Of a DNA stretch of 43,375 nt, positions 35,543 to 43,375 are shown in pieces. Location of the stretch: positions 1-43,375 of the forward strand of contig JAZSAA010000200.1 in assembly GCA_045601625.1 (NCBI GenBank), in the 5' to 3' direction. Numbering within the stretch: the stretch's first letter is position 1; each line of letters starts with the position of its first letter. The notes beneath the pieces were generated by a model. It was not told the origin of the DNA, made no database searches, and saw only the letters and a program-made list of their open reading frames with translations. Position numbers and translations under genes: made by a program. The stretch comes from Clostridia bacterium (GTDB lineage: Bacteria; Bacillota; Clostridia; Christensenellales; Aristaeellaceae).

Positions 35543-36418
35543 TCAAACCTTGACTTGCCCGACCCCCTGAAGGAAGGCGCACTGTTCGTCGTTGCAGCGG
35601 CGTCCGGCTTCGGACCTCATGTCGCAGTGAAACACGTGTCCCAGCGCGTGGGCCGCGTCTCCGTAGAAGCGCATGATATGGGGTATCCGCTTCTGCCGCA
35701 GCGCGACCTGCATCGCGTCGGCCTGTTCCTGCAGGAAGTCTCCGGTACAGGTGAACAGGAAGGTCTCCGGGAACGACGGGGTGAGCCACCGCTTCACGTC
35801 CACCAACGCCAGGTTGCCGGGCGTCGGCCCGCCGGGCAGCAGGTCCTCCATCAGCTTCATGTGCTGATCGTCGCCGGGATCGATGGCGTATACGCCGCAG
35901 GCCAGCGATATCGCTTTCGGCACAGGGCCGAAGGCAAAGGGAAAGCGGCGGGCGTACTCTGAATTCGTGCAGGCAGCGCAATACAACCCAAGGAGATGGG
36001 CGCCCGCGCTGTCGCCGACGGCGAAGAGCCCGTTCCTGTCCATGCCGTACTCCCCGGCGTTGGCATTGACCCACGCAAACACCGCCGCGATGTCCTCCAG
36101 CTGGGCGGGGAAGCGATGCTCCGGCGCGAGGCGGTAGGAGAAGTTGACCACGGCAAAGCCCCGCCGGGCAAGGCTCATCGTGTAATACTGGTACAGCGCC
36201 TTGTCCCCGTAAACCCAGCCGCCGCCATGCACGCTGACGATGACGGGCAGGGGCCCCGTCGCGTTTACCGGCCGGTACACATCCAGCCTTTGCAGCGGAT
36301 GCGCGCCGTAGGCAATGTCGTCAAAGCGCCGGATATCGTCCGGCGTCGTAAGCCCCGCGTCGCGTATGGCGTCGCTCGCGGCAAATTCCCTTCGGATCCT
36401 GTCACTCGTAACGGACAT
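35543..36418 (-). CDS. Alpha/beta hydrolase fold-3 esterase (hormone-sensitive-lipase family)
   Basis: 291 aa from MSVTSDRIRR. The oxyanion-hole motif is VHGGGWVYGD and the nucleophile elbow is GDSAGAH. Downstream Asp and His are present. Confidence 0.88.
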   Translation of the reverse strand: MSVTSDRIRREFAASDAIRDAGLTTPDDIRRFDDIAYGAHPLQRLDVYRPVNATGPLPVIVSVHGGGWVYGDKALYQYYTMSLARRGFAVVNFSYRLAPEHRFPAQLEDIAAVFAWVNANAGEYGMDRNGLFAVGDSAGAHLLGLYCAACTNSEYARRFPFAFGPVPKAISLACGVYAIDPGDDQHMKLMEDLLPGGPTPGNLALVDVKRWLTPSFPETFLFTCTGDFLQEQADAMQVALRQKRIPHIMRFYGDAAHALGHVFHCDMRSEAGRRCNDEQCAFLQGVGQVKV

Positions 36419-36524
36419 CGTTTCAAAACCTCCTCCTGCTTCTGGCAGCATAACGGTATTATACCATGGCGGCATGTCGCTCGTCCATAAAAACAGCACT
36501 CATAAAATGACAAGGAAAAACCGG

Positions 36525-36553
36525 TTGTAAGCCCGGTCGATCCATGATAAAAT
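36525..36553 (+). promoter_or_regulatory. Candidate promoter for the EFR1-type ferredoxin gene
   Basis: TTGTAA (36525-36530), a 17-nt spacer, TAAAAT (36548-36553). It implies a ~135-nt leader. Confidence 0.35.
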
Positions 36554-36693
36554 GGAAGACAGGGTTACAATGGGCATGTGGATTCATTCCATGCGTCCCG
36601 CAATCCCTGATGCGACCACGCGCTTCTGCCGCCCTTGGGCACGACGCTGTCGGGGCCAAGCGGAAGCCATTCTCTGAAACGGGGGTATATCAT

Positions 36694-37473
36694 TTGATCC
36701 TTTATTTCAGCGCCACGGGCAACACGCGATACATCGCCCACCGGCTGGGCGCGCTCCTTGAGGACGAGACGCTCGACCTGCTCGACAGGATCAGGCGCGG
36801 CGACCACTCCCCCATACGTTCGGACAAGCCTTTCGTCATCTGCGCGCCGACCTATGTCTGTGAAATGCCCCGCTTCCTCTCCCAGTGCCTCCGCAAAACC
36901 CCGCTGGTCGGAAACAGGGACGCCTACTTCATCTTCACCAGCGGCGGCTACTCCGGTATAAGCGGCATGCTGGCGAGGAATATGATGCGCAAGAAAGGGC
37001 TTCGCTACATGGGCTGCGCGGATTTCACCATGCCCAGGAACTACATCGCCAACGACCATTATCCGGAACTGGACACGCCGGAGATCGAGCGAAGAATACG
37101 GACAGCGGCCGGGGATGTCGAGGCCGTGGCGGCAGCCATCGCCCGCGGGGAGCGCCTCAAATCGCGCCATGTATGGCTGTTTGAAGCGATCATCACCCTG
37201 CCCTTCAACCCGGTGTGGTGCCGCGTCCGGCAAGGCGTGGGCGACTTCCACGCGACCGACAGGTGCGTCGGGTGCGGCAAGTGCGCGCGCCTGTGCCCAC
37301 TGAATATGATTGAAATTATGGATGGCAGACCCGTCTGGCACGGGAAGAGCTGTGCGCACTGCATGTCCTGCATCCAGAATTGCCCGACGGAGGCCATCGA
37401 GTACGGGCAGATCACGCAGAAGAAAAAGCGATATCGATTCGACAAGTACCGGTATGCGTCCAAAATGGATTGA
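36694..37473 (+). CDS. EFR1-family flavodoxin-like / 2x[4Fe-4S] ferredoxin fusion protein
   Basis: A TTG start gives MILYFSATGNTRYIAHRL, a typical flavodoxin-like N-terminus, with GGGGGT 7 nt upstream. The C-terminus carries CVGCGKCARLCP and CAHCMSCIQNCP clusters. The ORF-track ATG at 36544 would add 50 non-conserved residues. Confidence 0.82.
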   Translation: MILYFSATGNTRYIAHRLGALLEDETLDLLDRIRRGDHSPIRSDKPFVICAPTYVCEMPRFLSQCLRKTPLVGNRDAYFIFTSGGYSGISGMLARNMMRKKGLRYMGCADFTMPRNYIANDHYPELDTPEIERRIRTAAGDVEAVAAAIARGERLKSRHVWLFEAIITLPFNPVWCRVRQGVGDFHATDRCVGCGKCARLCPLNMIEIMDGRPVWHGKSCAHCMSCIQNCPTEAIEYGQITQKKKRYRFDKYRYASKMD

Positions 37474-37532
37474 CAGCCGACGATTCGGCTGTCAATCCCA
37501 CTGTCACAGATGGGGCGCGCCAGTCCCCTGGC

Positions 37533-39488
37533 TCAATCGGAGGGCCGCTGGTATGTAACGCTGACGCCGTCCCATTCACAGTACAACGGATCGGTGTTGG
37601 CCTCATTGCCGAAAATATCCGTCACCACAAAGCGCACCGCATATTGTCCTGCCGGGAGCGCTTCTTTGGTTATTTGCATATCCGAAGCGTATACGAAGGG
37701 CTGTGCTGCCTTGAAATTCATGCGCGTATTGTCGCTCAGGTCCAACAGCGTGGCCAGCGGCTCGATACTGCTTCCGGTCTCCAGCGGTTGGACGTTCCTG
37801 TCCGGGAAGCCCGTGTGATCGTTATAAGGAGACGAGCCGATGAGCTGGTAACGGGGCGTCTCATCCTCTTCCGTATCCAGCCGGTACTGGATGCGAATGC
37901 TGTCAGGGGCGTCATCCACCCTCATCGGGGTCGTAAAGACGATATAGGCCTCCTGCTCATCCGACACTCTCATCGTCAGCGGAACGCCCCCCAACGAGGG
38001 CCACGTGCCGTCAAAGGTGCTCTTCCAGCGCAGGGTTTCATCGCCGTTCTCTTCCGTGAGGAAGGGATCGCGGCCATAGATACGCCAGAGGTCACTTTCC
38101 GGATCGTATTGCAGAAGCTCCCATGCCCCCTGTATGATGAAATTATCCGACGAACTCATCTCCAGGTAATACTCTCCCGTATCATCGCTGTAACCGACGT
38201 GCATGTTGATGGTATAGTCCTTGTTGCTGACGTCGGGCTTGCGCGCCACGGTTTCATAGACCCAGGCCGGCGCCTTCCATTTATAGCTGAGCCTGTCCAG
38301 GAAGGCGAGGTATACGGGATCGGCACAGACCCTGCTGTAATGGTCGAGCAGGAACTGGTCTTCATTGAGGGTATAGAACACGCTCATCCCGTGGGATCGG
38401 ACGTGGTTGTTTCCCTTGGCGCTGAACAATACCGCGTCTTCAACCGCGTTCTGCAGCCTCGCCGCCGTCTTCGCGGAAACCCCGTTGCCGGACGCGCGCT
38501 TGGCCAGGTCGTAGATGTCCACGCACTGCCTGTAGTAATAGCTCTCCCGGTTGCGCGTGGCATAGCTGTACCGGTAAAACTCAGCCGGGTCGTCCAACAG
38601 CCGGTCCAGCTCTGTGATGTAATCGTCAAAGGCCTCGCGGACCTTCGCCACCTCCGACAGGTCTATCAGCGACAACGTCAGGAATCCAAGGGTTCTCATG
38701 GAACCCAAATCTGAATACATCTCTTCGGTGGACGCGCAGATCCTTTTCCCCAGCGCAGCCCCGTCGCATTCCGGATCATCGTAGAGGAATTGAACGTAAG
38801 AGGCGTAGTTCATCCCGTGCCCGGGAAGGATCTCCTCGCAGCCGACAAAATAGTTCGCATAAGGGGCGATCGCTTCAGAGGTTTCCAGCATGGCCATCAG
38901 ACAGGTATCCGTCACGAAGCACTCCAGATGGATGCCGGAACTCTCCAGCGCCCCGGCGATGTCGAACAGCTGCAGGCTGTCCATGTTGTAGAGCTGGTCG
39001 AACACGACGCCGCCGATGCTCGCGCCGCCGTGGTCCCACAGGATCAGCTGGTACTTCCTGGCGGGGTAATTCTCCATCGTCCACGTCAGAAAGTCCTGGA
39101 GCGTGCTCTGCTCCCCCATCGAGGCCAGCTCCGCCTCGCCGACCTTCTGGAAGCCATCAGCCGTGTAGGACCACCGCTCCAGCTTCGACGGGTCCACGTC
39201 CATGCCGAGCTCCCCGACGTGCCATTCCTTTGTGCCGCCCGTCTCGATGACGAAGTTCACCTCCGGAACCGGATTGGTCCGGGCGATGGCCCGCAGATTC
39301 CCGGTTGCTATGGAACTGTCCGTCTCCAGGTCGGTTCCGCACAGGTACAGCATCACCGTCCATTCCGCGATATCCTCCGGCCCGTCCTCGGCAACCGCCG
39401 GGAACCGAGGCGTCACGACGCCGCAAAACACAAGCAACAGAACCAGGAGCACCGGCAAAATCCGGTTTGATCGACTGTTGTTCCGCAT
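37533..39488 (-). CDS. Secreted clostripain-related cysteine peptidase (family C11) with a ~300-aa C-terminal extension
   Basis: Start at MRNNSRSNRILPVLLVLLLVFCG, with AAGGAGGAG upstream. WTVMLYLCGTDLE, the catalytic His in LILWDHGGA and the catalytic Cys in FVTDTCLMA are present. Confidence 0.88.
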   Translation of the reverse strand: MRNNSRSNRILPVLLVLLLVFCGVVTPRFPAVAEDGPEDIAEWTVMLYLCGTDLETDSSIATGNLRAIARTNPVPEVNFVIETGGTKEWHVGELGMDVDPSKLERWSYTADGFQKVGEAELASMGEQSTLQDFLTWTMENYPARKYQLILWDHGGASIGGVVFDQLYNMDSLQLFDIAGALESSGIHLECFVTDTCLMAMLETSEAIAPYANYFVGCEEILPGHGMNYASYVQFLYDDPECDGAALGKRICASTEEMYSDLGSMRTLGFLTLSLIDLSEVAKVREAFDDYITELDRLLDDPAEFYRYSYATRNRESYYYRQCVDIYDLAKRASGNGVSAKTAARLQNAVEDAVLFSAKGNNHVRSHGMSVFYTLNEDQFLLDHYSRVCADPVYLAFLDRLSYKWKAPAWVYETVARKPDVSNKDYTINMHVGYSDDTGEYYLEMSSSDNFIIQGAWELLQYDPESDLWRIYGRDPFLTEENGDETLRWKSTFDGTWPSLGGVPLTMRVSDEQEAYIVFTTPMRVDDAPDSIRIQYRLDTEEDETPRYQLIGSSPYNDHTGFPDRNVQPLETGSSIEPLATLLDLSDNTRMNFKAAQPFVYASDMQITKEALPAGQYAVRFVVTDIFGNEANTDPLYCEWDGVSVTYQRPSD

Positions 39489-39877
39489 AGATATTTCTCC
39501 TCCTTCTGTACGCACCGGCATCCCGGTTTCACTACCGGGGTGTTCGACGCGGGCGGGGCAAAATCCTGCCTTGCAGCCAATGAAAAGCCGCACGACATGG
39601 CGGCAGACCGACGGGCGGCTTTCAGCCGTCCACAGCCTTCAAACCCTTGCTTCACCGCCGGTAACAATCATTGCCATCCCTGTTCGCGCCGGCACTGCCG
39701 ACATGGTGCCTGGGATAAGCCTGCGGTTTTTGCTGGTCGCGGCCGGCTGATATTCCCCTCGTCATTCGGCCGAACAATCATGCGTGAATTCCCATAAAAC
39801 GATCTTCGAATGCCTTTAGCAAGGTCTTATCGTCAAGCCAGTACAGGCAAAGCGAAGGATGCTTTTCGGCGTTCCGC

Positions 39878-39905
39878 TTGACAAGCTCTTATTATGTGCT
39901 ATAAT
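39878..39905 (+). promoter_or_regulatory. Near-consensus sigma-70 promoter for the abrB-like / glycosyltransferase operon
   Basis: TTGACA (39878-39883), a 16-nt spacer, then TGC-TATAAT (TATAAT at 39900-39905), about 45 nt upstream of the ATG at 39949. Confidence 0.6.
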
Positions 39906-39948
39906 TGTATGAAAAGTATGAATTGTATTCCGTTTGGAGGTGTTCACC

Positions 39949-40161
39949 ATGAAGGGACCGGATGGAAGGGCCGCCTGGACGGCCACCGTCGGCACCAAGG
40001 GGCAGATCGTCATTCCCCGGGAGGCGCGGGAGATGTTCGGCATACAGCCCGGGGACACGCTGATCCTGCTGGGCGACCCGGACCGGGGCATCGCCATTCC
40101 CCCGAAATCGGCGTTCCATCAGTGGTCCGAGGCCGTGTTCGGAAGGGAGGCGGAACCGTGA
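39949..40161 (+). CDS. AbrB/MazE/SpoVT-family (looped-hinge helix) DNA-binding protein
   Basis: 70 aa from MKGPDG, with GGAGGTG upstream. The SpoVT-AbrB signature is VGTKGQIVIPREAREMFGIQPGDTLILLGD. Confidence 0.82.
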   Translation: MKGPDGRAAWTATVGTKGQIVIPREAREMFGIQPGDTLILLGDPDRGIAIPPKSAFHQWSEAVFGREAEP

Positions 40162-41348
40162 GGATCATGGGGTTCTGCATACCGGCCTACGGGCACACCA
40201 ACCCCACCGTCGAATTTGTTCGGGAGCTGGTTCGCCGCGGGCATGAGATCCGCTACTATTCCTTCGAGGCCTTCCGATCGCGCATCGAGGCCGCCGGGGC
40301 GGCCTTCGTGCCCTGCGACCGCTTCCTGCCGCCGCTGACCGAGGCCGGCAGGCGGCGGCTGAAGAAGGTCTCCACCACCGAAATGTCGGTGCAGTCCTTC
40401 CGGACCACCACGAACATGGACGCCATGCTGGGCCGGGACATCGCGGCCTTCCGGCCCGACCTGGTCGTCTCGGACTCCGCCTGCTTCTGGGGCAAGCTGG
40501 CGGCGATGAAGCACCGCCTGCCGCTGGTGTGCTCCACCACCACCTTCGCCTTCAACCGCCATTCCGCCCAATACATGAAGCAGAGCCCCTCCGAGATTGC
40601 GGACCTGGTGCTGGGCCTTCCCCGGCTGAACCGGGAGGCGAAGAAGCTGGCGGCGCTGGGCTACCCCGTCAGGAGCGCGCTGGAGATCGTGCAGAACGAC
40701 AATGACACCGACACCGTCGTCTACACCTCTCCCCGGTTCCAGCCCCGCAGCGAGACCTTCAACCCGGAGCGCTACCGCTTCGTCGGGCCCTGCGTGCGGG
40801 ATATCTCGCCGAAGCCGAAGAACGGTCGGCCGCTGGTGTACATCTCACTGGGCACGGTGATCAACGACCGCCCGGATTTCTACAAGGCCTGCGTCGAGGC
40901 GCTGGGGGACGCGCCGGTGGAGGCGCTGATCGCCTGCGGCGGGGACTTCGACCCCGCGCGGCTCGGCCCGCTGCCGGGGAATATAGACGTCGAGCCGTCG
41001 GTGGACCAGATGGAGGTGCTGTCCCAGGCCAGTCTGTTCATCACCCACTGCGGCATGAACAGCGCCTCCGAGGGGCTGTACATGGGCGTGCCAGAGCTGC
41101 TGTACCCCCAGACCGGCGAACAGAGGGCGGTGGCCCGGCGGGTGCTGGAGATGGGCGCGGGCCGGACGCTGCCGGAAGCGGACGCCCACGACCCCCGCCG
41201 CCTGCGGGCCCTGGTCACGGACGCCCTCGGCGACGAAGCCCTGAAGCGGGCCGCTCTGGCCATGCGGAACGACCTGCGCGCCTGCGGCGGCGCGAGGGCC
41301 GCGGCGGATTTCGTGGAGAAAATCCCCCTTGTCAATTCTGGCGCTTAA
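40158..41348 (+). CDS. GT1 glycosyltransferase of the macrolide-glycosyltransferase (MGT; YjiC/YojK/OleD-like) family
   Basis: The GTG start overlaps the abrB-like stop (GTGA), with GGGAGG 7 nt upstream. The N-terminus is MRIMGFCIPAYGHTNPTVEFVRELVRRGHEI. The UDP-sugar motif FITHCGMNSASEGLYMGVPELLYPQTGEQRAVARRVLEMGAG is present. Confidence 0.88.
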   Translation: MRIMGFCIPAYGHTNPTVEFVRELVRRGHEIRYYSFEAFRSRIEAAGAAFVPCDRFLPPLTEAGRRRLKKVSTTEMSVQSFRTTTNMDAMLGRDIAAFRPDLVVSDSACFWGKLAAMKHRLPLVCSTTTFAFNRHSAQYMKQSPSEIADLVLGLPRLNREAKKLAALGYPVRSALEIVQNDNDTDTVVYTSPRFQPRSETFNPERYRFVGPCVRDISPKPKNGRPLVYISLGTVINDRPDFYKACVEALGDAPVEALIACGGDFDPARLGPLPGNIDVEPSVDQMEVLSQASLFITHCGMNSASEGLYMGVPELLYPQTGEQRAVARRVLEMGAGRTLPEADAHDPRRLRALVTDALGDEALKRAALAMRNDLRACGGARAAADFVEKIPLVNSGA

Positions 41349-41389
41349 TGTTATAATGCAGTTAAAACCAACTACAGGAGGCACGCTCT

Positions 41390-42880
41390 ATGCTGAAGGA
41401 ATTTGTGTCGGCCGCGCCGGAGGACAAGAAGGCGCTCAGTAAGCAGATCAAAGAGCTGCGGGAAAAGCTGCTGGGCCAGCAGCAGAAGCTCCGGGACGCG
41501 AAGCTGCCGGTGATCGTGCTGATCGAAGGCTGGGCCGCCGCGGGCAAGGGCAGCCTGATCAAGGAGCTCATCAGCGAGATCGACCCCCGCTTCTACAGCG
41601 TGGTTTCCCCGGCGATCATCCCCGAGATCCTGACCCGCTACCCCTTCCTCCACCCGTACATGGAGGCCATTCCCGAAAACGGGAAGATCACCTTCCTGGA
41701 TTCCGGTTGGATGGACTGCGCCGTGCAGAAGTACCTGCGCCACGAGATTACCAAGGCGGAGTACCGCCACCGCATCCGCCAGATCAACGATTTCGAGCGC
41801 CAGCTGCGGGACGGCGGCTACCTGGTGCTGAAGCTGTTCGTGCACATCGACAAGAAGGAGCAGTTCAAGCGCCTGAGAAACCTGAGCGAGGCGCCCGACA
41901 CCGAATGGCGGGTGACCGTCGACGACCTGTGGCAGCACCGGGAATACAGCCGCTTCCTGGAGGCCTATGACGGCTTCATGGAAAAGACCGGCGAAACCAT
42001 CCCCTGGCACATACTGGACGGCGATCACGGCAAGGTCGCCGTGCGGGACGCCCTGCAGCTGCTGACCGGGCGCATCGACCGGGGGCTCAGCGAGGGGCGC
42101 TATGTGGGCGAGCCCTTCGAGGCGGATTTCCCGCTGATCCCGATGCCTAAGCTGGCCGAGGTGGACCTCTCCCCCACCATCGACGACGTCGAATACAAAA
42201 AGCAGCTGAAAAAGCTGCAAAACCGGCTTAGCGAGCTGCACAACACGCTCTACCGCAAGAAGATCCCCGTGATCCTGTGCTACGAGGGCTGGGACGCCGC
42301 GGGCAAGGGCGGCAACATCCGCCGGGTGGCCTATCCGCTGGACCCCCGGGGCTTCGACGTGCACCCCATCGCCTCGCCGCTGCCCCACGAGCTGAACCGC
42401 CAGTACCTGTGGCGCTTCTGGACGCGGCTGCCCCGCACCGGCCACATCGCCATATTCGACCGCACCTGGTACGGCCGGGTGATGGTGGAGCGGCTGGAGG
42501 GCTTCTGCGCCGAGAAGGACTGGCAGCGGGCCTACAACGAGATCAACGAGTTCGAGCGCATGCTCACCGACTGGGGCGCGGTGGTGCTGAAGTTCTGGAT
42601 CCACATCGACCAGGACACCCAGCTGGCCCGCTTCACCGACCGCCAGAATACCCCCGAGAAGCAGTGGAAGATCACCGACGAGGACTGGCGCAACCGGGAT
42701 AAGTGGCCCCAGTACGAGATGGCCGTGGACGAGATGCTGCAAAAGACCAGCACCGAGAACGCCCCCTGGCACATCATCGAATCCAACGACAAGAAGTACG
42801 CCCGCATCCGCACCCTGAAGATCATCGTCAAGGCGCTGGAGGAGGCCTGCGCCAACAGCTTCGAGCGGATGATGGAGTGA
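41390..42880 (+). CDS. Two-domain polyphosphate kinase 2 family protein (polyphosphate:AMP/NMP phosphotransferase-like)
   Basis: 496 aa with two PPK2 modules. The P-loops are EGWAAAGKGS and EGWDAAGKGG. The second module has the full YLWRFWxxLPxxGxIAIFDRTWYGRV motif. Confidence 0.9.
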   Translation: MLKEFVSAAPEDKKALSKQIKELREKLLGQQQKLRDAKLPVIVLIEGWAAAGKGSLIKELISEIDPRFYSVVSPAIIPEILTRYPFLHPYMEAIPENGKITFLDSGWMDCAVQKYLRHEITKAEYRHRIRQINDFERQLRDGGYLVLKLFVHIDKKEQFKRLRNLSEAPDTEWRVTVDDLWQHREYSRFLEAYDGFMEKTGETIPWHILDGDHGKVAVRDALQLLTGRIDRGLSEGRYVGEPFEADFPLIPMPKLAEVDLSPTIDDVEYKKQLKKLQNRLSELHNTLYRKKIPVILCYEGWDAAGKGGNIRRVAYPLDPRGFDVHPIASPLPHELNRQYLWRFWTRLPRTGHIAIFDRTWYGRVMVERLEGFCAEKDWQRAYNEINEFERMLTDWGAVVLKFWIHIDQDTQLARFTDRQNTPEKQWKITDEDWRNRDKWPQYEMAVDEMLQKTSTENAPWHIIESNDKKYARIRTLKIIVKALEEACANSFERMME

Positions 42881-42986
42881 AACCGCTGCCTTTCAACACT
42901 CTAAACCTTGTCACATTTCATCTGATGAATAGACACAATGATGTGGTATACTACAGCCATCAATTGCCAAGGAGTATACCTGCGCC

Positions 42987-43375
42987 ATGAAGCCAAGGCG
43001 TCTGTCATTGTTCATCATCGCGTTGTCCCTCCTGCTCGGCGCGCTTTGCCCTCTGGGCGGCGCGCTGGGGGAGGAATCCCCATACCGGGTGGATGTGGAC
43101 ATCGTCAACCAGATCGTCACCGTCTATGAAAACAAGGACGGTGGCGCTATTGTCATGCAGGGGCTCTGCTCGTCCGGCGCGGACGACGCCACGCCCCTGG
43201 GCACCTTCACCATGCCCGAAAAGAAGCGGGAGGGCGAGCGCGAGGAGTGGTTCCACTTCCGGGCCTTCGGCGGCTATGCCCGCTACGCGACCCGCATTCA
43301 CTATGACGTGATGTTCCATTCGCTGCTGTACAACCGGCCCAACGAGAGCGCCATCAACCAGCAGTCCGTCCGGGA
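42987..43375 (+). CDS. Partial (5' end only): exported YkuD-type L,D-transpeptidase-like protein
   Basis: This open frame runs off the window and is not in the ORF track. It starts MKPRRLSLFIIALSLLLGALCPLG (signal peptide), continues VDIVNQIVTVYENKDGG...CSSGADDATPLGTF and then IHYDVMFHS, which is YkuD-like. AAGGAG lies 12 nt upstream. Confidence 0.6.
   Translation, partial: MKPRRLSLFIIALSLLLGALCPLGGALGEESPYRVDVDIVNQIVTVYENKDGGAIVMQGLCSSGADDATPLGTFTMPEKKREGEREEWFHFRAFGGYARYATRIHYDVMFHSLLYNRPNESAINQQSVR

Noticed and set aside
39848-39866. Possible seventh REP copy (AAAGCGAAGGATGCTTTTCGG resembles the right arm).
   Set aside because: Only a half-arm is recognisable. The GGATGACA/TGTCATCC core and a pairing left arm are missing. 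At most it is a decayed remnant.
39949-41348. A classical type II toxin-antitoxin pair, with the AbrB/MazE-fold gene overlapping the downstream gene.
   Set aside because: The downstream partner is a full-length 396-aa GT1/MGT glycosyltransferase with an intact UDP-sugar motif. It is not a MazF/PIN/RelE-size toxin. The overlap is more simply explained as translational coupling of a regulator with its target gene.

Overview
This is a GC-rich chromosomal segment with short AT-rich intergenic regions. The gene families, AGGAGG-type ribosome-binding sites (RBS) and sigma-70-like promoters suggest a Clostridia / Oscillospiraceae-like gut Firmicute; that assignment is inference only. I support about 35 protein-coding genes. 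I saw no rRNA, tRNA, CRISPR array, transposase, integrase or recognisable defence gene. Most long ORFs antisense to these genes are high-GC shadow ORFs.

Main content, left to right:
- A translationally coupled trio (LURP-one/DUF567 protein, cytoplasmic class-A beta-lactamase-fold hydrolase, alanine racemase) followed by ldcA.
- A 748-aa secreted SH3b + Cys/His-repeat + 2x PG_binding_1 protein.
- Housekeeping genes: Fe-ADH, yajC, tgt.
- An adenylate-forming (ANL) enzyme with a roughly 315-aa C-terminal extension containing a Met/Pro-rich tract and a phasin-like charged helical tail.
- A MATE transporter fused to a SpoIIAB/RsbW-like ATPase domain.
- A GH3 NagZ-like hexosaminidase.
- A co-directional tannin/gallate locus: LysR regulator, CUT2 ABC importer, subtype-B tannase, UbiD/UbiX/LpdD decarboxylase.
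- A C11 clostripain-like peptidase.
- An AbrB-like gene overlapping (GTGA) an MGT-family glycosyltransferase, followed by a two-domain PPK2.
- A partial YkuD-type L,D-transpeptidase at the right edge.

At the DNA level, six copies of a conserved ~65-70-bp palindromic REP-like element (GATCCTTCGC..GGATGACA-loop-TGTCATCC..GCGAAGGATC) sit at gene 3' ends. There are also two long imperfect palindromes (about 160-170 bp), several near-consensus promoters (one implying a leaderless mRNA), and a candidate LysR-type dyad centred near -65 of the ABC-operon promoter. Functional calls come from motif recognition by eye. No database search was run.
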